DNA of 64,000 nt. Source: Octopus vulgaris (taxonomy: Eukaryota). Numbering within the stretch: position 1 is the stretch's first letter; every line of letters begins with the position of its first letter. Position numbers and translations under genes: made by a program. Shown piece after piece: positions 55,131-64,000 of the stretch. Location of the stretch: contig OX597842.1 of NCBI GenBank assembly GCA_951406725.2, positions 2,604,001 through 2,668,000 on the forward strand, in the 5' to 3' direction. The notes under the pieces are model-generated. The model saw nothing but the letters and a program-made list of their open reading frames with translations. It did no database searches and had not been told where the DNA came from.

Positions 55131-55166
55131 CTTTTACATCTCAAGCCTATGCTCTTCAACAGAAAG
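55131..55166 (-). ncRNA. Highly degenerate hammerhead-like relic
   Basis: Minus strand CTTT-CTGTTGA-AGAGCATAGGCTT-GAGA-TG-TA-AAAG; same layout as 54002-54036. Confidence 0.35.
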
Positions 55167-55220
55167 GAAAATGAGGAAATAAACAGAGAATAAAAAATAC
55201 TTGTATATATATATATATAT

Positions 55221-55644
55221 AGGCGCAGGAGTGGCTGTGTGGTAAGTAGCTTGCTAACCAGCCACATGGTTCCGGGTTCAGTCCCACAGCGTAGCATCTT
55301 GGGCAAGTGTCTTCTGCTATAGCCCCGGGCCGACCAAAGCCTTGTAAGTGGATTTGGTAGACGGAAACTGAAAGAAGCCTATCGTATATATGTATATATA
55401 AATAAGTGTGTGTGTATATGTTTGTGTGTCTGTGTTTGTCCCCCTAGCATTGCTTGACAACCGATCCTGGTGTGTTTACGTCCCCGTCACTTAGCGGTTC
55501 GGCAAAAGAGACCAATAGAATAAGTACTGGGCTTACAAAGAATGAGTCCCGGGGTCGATTTGCTCGACTAAAGGCGGTGCTCCAGCATGGCCGCAGTCAA
55601 ATGACTGAAACAAGTAAAAGAGTAAAAGAGTAAAAGAGTAAAGA

Positions 55645-55645
<1 letters not shown>
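55221..55645 (+). mobile_element. SINE family A, full length with a (GTAAAAGA)n tail
   Basis: Matches 3641-4040. Confidence 0.85.
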
Positions 55646-55681
<36 letters not shown>

Positions 55682-56020
55682 GGTGCATGGCTTGGTCGTT
55701 AGAGTTTTGCACTCACGGCTGCGAGATCATGGATTCAATTCCCAAACAGGGTATTGTGTTGTGTTCTTGTCAAAAGCGCTTCTGTTCATGTTGCACTCTG
55801 ATCGTTTCATCATTGGATATGTGGCACACGGTACCACATATCCAGTGATGAAATGTACAGATAATGCTGAGTTGATGGAGGAAGAGTGAGCTTATGTGAA
55901 TATAAACATTTGACCCCTATAAACAAATCATCTGTGTGGTTGTTCAGTAAGAAATTGTTGAACTCTCATATTATTTAACAATGGGAGAGTCCATGATATA
56001 TATATATATATATATATTAG

Positions 56021-56430
56021 AGGCGCAGGAGTGGCTGTGTGGTAAGTAGCTTGCTTACGAACCACATGGTTCCGGGTTCAGGCCCACTGCATGGCACCTT
56101 GGGTAAATGTCTTCTACTATAGCCTCGAGCCGACCAAAGCCTTGTGAGTGGATTTGGTAGACGGAAACTGAAAGAAGCTCGTCGTATATATGTATATATA
56201 TATATGTGTGTATGTGCGTGTTTGTGTGTCTGTGTTTGTCCCCCCAACATCGCTTGACAACTGATGCTGGTGTGTATACGTCCCCGTAAGTTAGTGGTTC
56301 GGCAAAAAGGGACCGATAAAATAAGTACTAGGCTTACAAAGAATAAGTCCTGGGGTCGATTTGATTGACTAAAAGGCAGAGCTCTAGCATGGCCACAGTC
56401 ACATGATTGAAACAAGTAAAAGAGTAAAGA
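56021..56430 (+). mobile_element. SINE family A
   Basis: Matches the other copies. Confidence 0.85.
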
Positions 56431-56433
56431 GTA

Positions 56434-56580
56434 GAAGAAATAAGGTACTCAGAAATCTGGATGGTTTTATATTTACAGATTTTTATTAATATATCACATT
56501 TTTTTTATAAAAACACGTAACATACCAATAAATATCTGTAAATATAAAACCATCCAGATTTCTGAGTACCTCATTTCTTC
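56434..56580. repeat. Inverted repeat with ~52-bp arms
   Basis: GAAGAAATAAGGTACTCAGAAATCTGGATGGTTTTATATTTACAGAT pairs with 56533-56580. Confidence 0.8.
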
Positions 56581-56635
56581 CAATGAATAATACCTGTACA
56601 TCATCTGAAAACCTTCTTATATATATATATCTATA

Positions 56636-57170
56636 TAATTAATATAAGGGTAGCAAAAAATTCTAGAAAAAATTCTCCGCTACCAGCGGTCTAGTGAGAA
56701 AGGAAAGATAGTCAAAGACTATATACTATATTTCAACAATATAAGGAATGGCCATAATAGGACATTCGACTTACTAGAAAGAGCAGCCAAACTCAAACCG
56801 CTAAATAGTTGTCATTCTGAAATTGAAAGAGAAATAAAAACGTTTACCCCTTTCATCTCTGGACTATGCATAGTTTCGGCAAACTTTAGTAAACAAATTA
56901 ATTAAATTAAATGAAATTTATTTACAACTGGCGTGCCTCGTCAGCAGAGAAGCCAAGGACGAGTATATACCCACGAGGTGTTGGTAAGGAAGCCTCCAGT
57001 CTATATGCTATAAATTTTCAAAATCTACCACAATCGTGCGGTCTTCTCAGCAGTAAATATAAACTGCTGATTTAATTTCAAAATTAGCCAAAAAATCATT
57101 AATTAATAAATATAAGGGTAGCAAAAAATTCTAGAAAAAATTTCAGAATTACAACTATTAGCGGTTTGAG
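56636..57170 (-). mobile_element. Penelope-like/retrozyme-like 468-bp monomer with terminal redundancy and a short inverted segment
   Basis: TATAAGGGTAGCAAAAAA.TTCTAGAAAAAATT at 56643 and 57111; 57142-57169 inverts 56792-56822; flanked by (TA)n. Confidence 0.75.
56856..56950 (-). ncRNA. Hammerhead ribozyme, intact; best example in the window
   Basis: Minus strand TCTCTG-CTGACGA-GGCA[..]TGCC-GAAA-CTATGCATAG-TC-CAGAGA: 6-bp stem I, stem II, 10-nt palindromic stem III, GUC site. Confidence 0.88.
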
Positions 57171-57502
57171 AGTATATATATATATATATATATTTATGTG
57201 TATATGTATGTGTGTGTGTGTTTTTGTGTCTCTATTTGTTCCTCCATCACTGCTTCAAAACTGGTGTTGGTGTGTTTATGTCCCTGTAACTTGGCAGTTT
57301 GGCAAAAAGAACCCAATAGCGTAAGTGCTAAGCTGAAGAAAAGAAGTTCTGGGGTCGATTAGTTTGATTAAAATCCTTTGAGGTGGTGCTCCAGCATGGC
57401 CACAGTCAAATGACTGGAACAAGTTTTAGATAATTGATATATATATATATGCAGTTAAGTCTATGTCTGGTCATAGAGTGACCAATGATTTTGCATCCAT
57501 CC

Positions 57503-57790
57503 AGCTCGCCTGGCCTCCGTGCTGGTGGCACATAAAAAACACCATCCGAGTGTGGCCGTTCGCCAGCCTCGTCTGGCACCTGTGTCGGTGGCACATAAAA
57601 AGCTCCCACTACACTCACGGAGTGGTTGGCGTTAGGAAGGGCATCCAGCTGTAGAAACACTGCCAGATCTGACTGACCTGGTGCAGCCTTCTGGCTTCCC
57701 AGACCCCAGTTGAACCGTCCAACCCATGCTAGCATGGAAAGCGGACGTTAAACGATGATGATGATGATGATGATGATGTTGATGATGATT
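57503..57790 (+). mobile_element. RTE 3' tail fragment inserted into a MITE-like repeat
   Basis: The host sequences 57450-57500 and 57792-57820 are contiguous in the copy at 58830-58912 (minus strand). Confidence 0.75.
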
Positions 57791-58038
57791 GGGCTTAGCT
57801 CCATGGACAGCTCGTCTGACTTTAAATGCTCTTCATGGTAAGGCGATTTGACTTCTATCTTTAGCATATTAGGAATCCACTTTAATGGTCATTCCTCTTA
57901 TTAATTGTTACATATATATATACATATATACATAATAACAAAGGGTAAAATTAGAGGAAATAGCTAAGGCTCTTTGGCTGCTATTTCTAAACTTCGGTAT
58001 GTGGTAAAGCAAATCTTTGCTGAACCCTAATTATAAAG

Positions 58039-58106
<68 letters not shown>

Positions 58107-58312
58107 TATACTCATAAAATACTGATAAAAATCATGTTAATTATAAATATCAGATAGTCAGCATGGAAATATGCAATTTATAAATTAAATTAATAATTAT
58201 ATTAATAATTATATATAATTATTTTAAGGGGGAAAGTAAAAACAAGACCTATCTCTTCCATATTGAATTAATGTCCAAACAGTACGAAGCTCAGATATAT
58301 ATATATATATAT

Positions 58313-58542
58313 ATTTCTTTACAACCCACAATGGGCTAAACATAGAGGGGACAAACAAGGACAGACAAAGGGATTAAGTCGATTACACTGACCCCAGTGC
58401 GAAACTGGTACTTTATTTATCGACCCCAAAAGGATGAAAGGCAAAGTCTACCTCGGCGGAATTTGAACTCAGAACGTAACGACAGATGAAATACTGCTAA
58501 GTATTTCGCCCCGGCCGGTAACGTATCTGCCAGCACGCCGCC
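58313..58542 (-). mobile_element. SINE family B
   Basis: Reverse-complement match. Confidence 0.8.
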
Positions 58543-58543
58543 T

Positions 58544-58669
<126 letters not shown>

Positions 58670-58674
58670 TATGT

Positions 58675-58912
58675 ACAGTATATGTCCAGTCATAGAGTGA
58701 CCAATGGTTTTGCATCTATAAAGGGCTCAGCCCCCTGGTCAATTCGTCAGACTCTAAAGCTGAAAGTGTATAATTCTTCAACTCTGGAAGGTAGGAATAC
58801 ATTATGGATTATATGCCTTTGGCTTTAATATCAGATGAGCTGTCCATGGGGCTAAGCCGTTTATGGATGCAAAATCGTTGGTCACTCTATGACCAGGCAC
58901 AGACTTAACTGC
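58675..58912. mobile_element. MITE-like element with ~70-bp imperfect terminal inverted repeats
   Basis: GTCATAGAGTGACCAATGGTTTTGCATC pairs with GATGCAAAATCGTTGGTCACTCTATGAC. Confidence 0.55.
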
Positions 58913-59504
58913 TTATAGATACATTACTACTCTATGGTTTAGAGAGAGCTTTTTTTTTGGGATATATAATACACTGATAACACACACACCCATAAGACGA
59001 GGCACATGGGTTAGTGGTTAGGGTATGTGTCTCACAAACATAAAACCATGAGTTCATAACCCACCATGGGCTAGTTTTAATGTTTACTCATACATACACA
59101 GAGGAAGAAAGAAAGAGAGAGAGAGTGACACAAAACTCTACTGATAAATACTCCCACACACACAACATACATATAAAACACACACACGCTTGTATATAAG
59201 CACGCAAATATACATAATTATATACACACACACACACACCCTGTATACATCCTATCCCCAAAACCACATGCGGTGCGGATCCCCAAAATAAAACTTAAGT
59301 ATACAAGAAACTCAATAAAGTATTTATGAATGTATATCCCGTTACATATATTTCCGCTAATTAAAACATATCAAGTTTGATTAATTAATTACAATTTTAT
59401 TACAGAGATTTGGGTGTGTAAAATGATCAAAGCCCTTGGTCTAACACAAACCGCTTCCAGCTTTTAACGTTCCCAGTGAAAACATGTCTTGTTTTTAGCT
59501 TATA

Positions 59505-60124
59505 CTCTCTTTACTCTTTTGCTTGTTTCAGTCATCTGACTGCGGCCATGCTGGAGCACCGCCTTTAGTTGAACTAATCGACCCCGGGACTTATTCTTTT
59601 TGTAAGCCCAGTACTTATCCTATCGGTCTCTTTTGCCGAACCGCTAAGTAACGGGGACATAAACACACCAGCATCGGTTGTCAAGCAATGCTAGGGTAAC
59701 CAACACAGACACACAAACACACACACACATATATATATATACATATATATATACGACGGGCTTCTTTCAGTTTCCGTCTACCAAATCCACTCACAAGGCT
59801 TTGGTCGGCCCGGGGCTATAGCAGAAGACACTTGCCCAAGATGCCATGCAGTGGGACTGAACCCGGAACAATGGTGTTGGTAAGCAAATTACTTACCACA
59901 CAGCCACTCCTGCGCTTATATATATATATATATATACACACATATATATATGCATATATATGACAGGCTTCTTTCAGTTTCCGTCTACCAAATCCACTCA
60001 CAAGGCTTTGGTCGGCCCGGGGCTATAGCAGAAGACACTTGCCGAAGATGCCACGCAGTGGAACTGAACCCGGAACCATGTGGTTGGTTAGCAAGCTACT
60101 TACCACACAGCCACTCCTGCGCCT
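59505..60124 (-). mobile_element. SINE family A plus a duplicated head
   Basis: Full copy at 59505-59915; extra head at 59960-60124. Confidence 0.85.
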
Positions 60125-61344
60125 ATAAATATGTATGTTTAATGTTGCTTTTGCATTTTTAATTACAATATATATATGTGTGTATGCGTTTGTGTGTGTT
60201 TGTGTGTGTATGATCGTCGTCATTATCATCATCATCATCCTCGTTATAATTTAACATCTGTTTTTCATGCTTGGACGGTTTGATTGGCGCTGGCAAACCA
60301 AAGAGAACTGCACCAGACCCTGTCCCCTGCCTTGGCAGGGTTTTTACGGATGCATGCCGTTCCCAGTGCTAATCCTTTCCCCAAGTGTACTGGGTGCTTT
60401 TTAAGTGGCACCAACACTGTTGAGGTCACCAGGTAATTTGTGAGCCAAAATCCCTTGACTGTGGGGGGTGTAGTAATATGAAGGAATGTGGCTTTGTATC
60501 AGGTGATGACAGGTTCAATTATAAGAAATGGATAGACATAGACATGCTGCTGCAGAGAAGGTACATGGCTACCCCAGTAGAAGACCCTTGCCCCGGGTAC
60601 CATGCAGTGGGACCAAACCCAGGAACATGTGATCTTTTACTTGTTTCAGTCATTTGACTGTGGCCATGCTGGGGCACAAACTTGAAGGGTTTTAGTCAAA
60701 CAAATTGACCCTGAGGCATTTCTTTTTTAAAGCCTGGTATTTATTCTATAAGTCTCTCTTGCTGAACTGCTAAGTTACGGGGATGCAAACACACCAACAC
60801 TGGTCGTCAAGTGGGAGGACAAACACACACACATACACACACACATACACACACACACACTGACTTTTTGAATTATATATACAGGTATGTCAAATTTTCC
60901 ATTTATTATCTTTTTATTTTATCCTGAAAATATTTATGTAATGCGTGTATACCTATTTCTTTATTGCCCACAGGGAGCTAAACATTGAGGGGACAAACAA
61001 GGACAAAGGGATTAAGTCGATTACATCGATCCCAGTACATAACTGTTACGTATTTAATCAACCCCAAAAGGATGAAAGGCAAAGTCAACCTCGGTGGAAT
61101 TTGAACTCAGAATGTAAAAGCAGATAAAATACCAATAAGTATTTTGCCTGGTGTGTTAATGTTTCTGCCAGCTCACTGCCTTATATATGTGTGTATATAA
61201 CAGTTTCCATGTTTGTGGTGAAGAGTTCTTTGACTCTTATTTCTAGCAATGTCAAGGCAGACTTGCACCCAAGTCACATTTAATGACAATTAAATTTTCC
61301 TTTTGGCATTAATTTGCATCTAGCCACTTTAATAATTTTTTATA

Positions 61345-61690
61345 TTATCATCATCGTCATGGTTTAATGTCCACTTTCCACGCTGGCAAGAGTTGGACGA
61401 TTTGACTGAGGGCTGGCAAACCAGATGGCTGCACCAGGCTTCAATCTTGATCTGGCAGAGTTTCTACTGCTGGATGCCCTTCCTAAAGCCAACCACTCCG
61501 AGAGTGTAGTAGGTGTTTTTATGTGCCACCGGCACGAGGGCCAGTCAGATGGTACTGGTAATGGTCACACTGAAATGGTGTTTGCTACGTGCCACCTGCA
61601 CAGGAGCCATCCAGTGGCACTGGCAACAACTTCACTCAAATGTTGTTTCGCATGTGCCAGTAAGGCGACACTGGTAACAATCACGCTCGA
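61345..61690 (-). mobile_element. Diverged RTE 3' tail
   Basis: GCTGGATGCCCTTCCTAAAGCCAACCACTCCG motif. Confidence 0.7.
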
Positions 61691-61809
61691 TATACATATC
61701 AAAAGGATGTGTTATAACACTATTCCACATATACAAAAACAGCCATACCAACAACACAACAAATAAAAGTGAAAATGGGTGCTCTGAGAACATAGTTGGG
61801 AAAATGAGA

Positions 61810-61900
61810 TTAGATGGACAAAGTTCAGAGAGCTCCTACCTCTGGTGGCAACAAACGGCCTCTCTCTCAGAGTGAAAGACAGATTGTATGATGCCTGTGT
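61810..61900 (+). mobile_element. RTE reverse-transcriptase fragment
   Basis: WTKFRELLPLVATNGLSLRVKDRLYDACV overlaps the [10 protein letters not shown] start of the 6830-7272 RTE ORF. Confidence 0.7.
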
Positions 61901-61902
61901 GT

Positions 61903-61952
<50 letters not shown>

Positions 61953-62226
61953 ATATGTATACATATATATATATGGATGTATGTGTGTGTATTTCTCTGT
62001 GTGTGTGTGTGTGTGTGCATGTTTGGCACTATCACTTGACAACCGATGTTGGTGTGTTTATATCCCCATAACCTAGTGGTTCAGCAAAAGAGACTGATAG
62101 AATAAGTACTAGGCTTACAAAGAATAAGTCCTGCAGTCGATTTGCTTGACTAAAGGCAGTGCTCCAGCATGGCCACAGTCAAACGACTGAAAGAAGCAAA
62201 AGAATAAAAGAATATATATATATATA

Positions 62227-62402
62227 TTCGTCTCAAATGCTAGCTGAAGCATAAAAACTTTCACTCACAAAAACTTATTCACACCACCGCAAAGCATTTC
62301 ATCTCAATCCTGTCTTCTTTCTGCCGCCTAAAACCTCATCTCCCAATTCTCTCTCTTGCTATGTGGTGTCGGTTCTCCCTCTGTTTTCACTGTCTCTCTC
62401 TC

Positions 62403-62434
<32 letters not shown>

Positions 62435-62694
62435 GGTATATATCTCACCTTCACTCGCTACCGCAGGATGAAAAAAGAAAACATCAGCTAAGTTCCCGAC
62501 CTGTTTCCTCTTTTCATTGTTTTTGCAAGCCTTATTATTATTGTGTCCCCATCTAGTAGCGTTGTCGTTGTCTTTCGTCTCAAATGCTAGCTGAAGCATA
62601 AAAACTTTCACTCACAAAAACTTATTCACACCACCGCAAATCATTTCATCTCAATCCTGTCTTCTTTCTGCCGCCTAAAACCTCATCTCCCAAT
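62227..62694. repeat. 121-bp direct repeat with a 347-bp period
   Basis: 62227-62347 equals 62574-62694, with one mismatch seen. Confidence 0.9.
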
Positions 62695-62697
62695 GCG

Positions 62698-63183
62698 CGG
62701 TGCGCCCGCCCTCCCACCCCCACCACCAATACCGGATATCTCTATATTTTGCTCCATCTATACCGGATGTCGCTTCTCCCACCACCATTATAGGTGTCTA
62801 CTCTTCGAACCCCCTCTTCAATACGCTATTTCACCATGCATTACCCCTCTCTCGATATCCTACGTTCTACTTGCCTAGAACCTGTCATCATTTCTCTGAA
62901 CCACCCCTCCCCACTGGTGCTCCCCTATATTTCTGCACCCCCCCACATAAAAAGCACCATCCGAACGTGGCCGATGCCAGACCCCTCTGGCATCTGTGCA
63001 GGTGGCACGTAAAAAGCACCCACTACACTCGCGGAGTGGTTGGCGTTAGGAAGGGCATCCAGCTGTAGAAACACTGCCAGACTAGACTGGAGCCTGGGGC
63101 AGTCCCGAGCTCCCCAGACCCCGGTCGAAACCGTCCAACCCGTGCTAGCGCGGAAAACGGACGTTAAACGATGATGATGATGA

Positions 63184-63186
<3 letters not shown>
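62698..63186 (+). mobile_element. RTE-tailed non-coding retroposon (copy 2)
   Basis: Near-identical reverse complement of 7455-7942; (GAT)n tail. Confidence 0.8.
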
Positions 63187-63227
<41 letters not shown>

Positions 63228-63228
63228 T

Positions 63229-63358
63229 TATACAAGAATGTTTTTACAGTGGCTTTGAAGTTTTGGCCAGCTGAGACATCATCAGACTGCCTAGCCATCA
63301 TCTGATGATGGCTTAGATGGCTAAAACTTCGAAGTTACTGACAAATACATCCTTGTAT
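63229..63358. repeat. Inverted pair of decayed hammerhead motifs
   Basis: Minus 63247-63289 CAGT-CTGATGA-TGTCTCAGCTGGCC-AAAA-CTTCAAAG-CC-ACTG; plus 63302-63340 CTGATGA-TGGCTTAGATGGCT-AAAA-CTTCGAAG-TT-ACTG. Confidence 0.65.
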
Positions 63359-64000
63359 ATGAAAAATGACTAAGTGCTCTACAAATGCACAGAGAAACTC
63401 CTAAGATTAATGTAAAATTGTTCTTATTATAACTGACCACAAAAACAAACCTTAATATGTCTGTGAATGTGTGTGTGTGTGTACATGTCTTTGTGTCTAC
63501 TTGTTCCTAAGCAATGATCAGGGTTGGTTTGTTTATGTCCCTGTAACTTATGAATTTGTTAAAAAGATGCTGATAGATCAAGTATCAGACTTTAAGAATA
63601 CATAAGTACTGTGGTCGATTCACTTGACAAAAAAAACCTTTGAAGGTAGTGCCCCAGCATGGTCGTATTCCAATGACTGAAGCAAATAAACTGGGGAAAA
63701 GAATTACATTACAAAAGCTGAGCTGGTTTCCATGCAGCTAAGTATGGAGCAGATATTTTCTTTATAATAACAAACTGCACCCAAATGGTTTCATCTTTGA
63801 AATGAATCACCATCAGAAGGCATTAAATAAATACGTGTAGAAGACGAAAGAATTCATTATAGGAAGTTCTTCATTTTTAGAAAAAATTCCAAGAATATGC
63901 AATTCAAAGAAGATCCAGTTTCATGAATGTACGAGACTGGAGTCTGGTGCAGCCCCTCAGCTTGCCAGCCCAGGTCAAACTGTCCAGCCCATGCCAGCCA

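Overview
This is repeat-dense, AT-rich animal genomic DNA, most likely from an octopus, judging by the tRNA-derived SINE families, the RTE tails and the huge (TA)n/(TG)n/(TATC)n tracts. It reads as intronic or intergenic; no host protein-coding exon can be supported. Nearly all ORF-track entries are microsatellite or SINE artefacts. The only real coding remnants are dead transposon fragments (CR1-group LINE, RTE LINEs, mariner). The main hidden signal is about 12 hammerhead-ribozyme motifs (CUGANGA...GAAA...NUH), six with an intact catalytic core. They sit in several distinct Penelope-like or retrozyme-like non-coding elements, mostly inserted in (TA)n tracts. Two elements have ~465-bp terminally redundant monomers and several have fold-back inverted copies. 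One also carries a tRNA-like Pol III promoter and a 14-bp target-site duplication. Also present are a non-autonomous Helitron, an RTE-tailed chimeric retroposon in two inverted copies 55 kb apart, and several palindromes and tandem arrays. All coordinates were read by eye and repeat boundaries are approximate.
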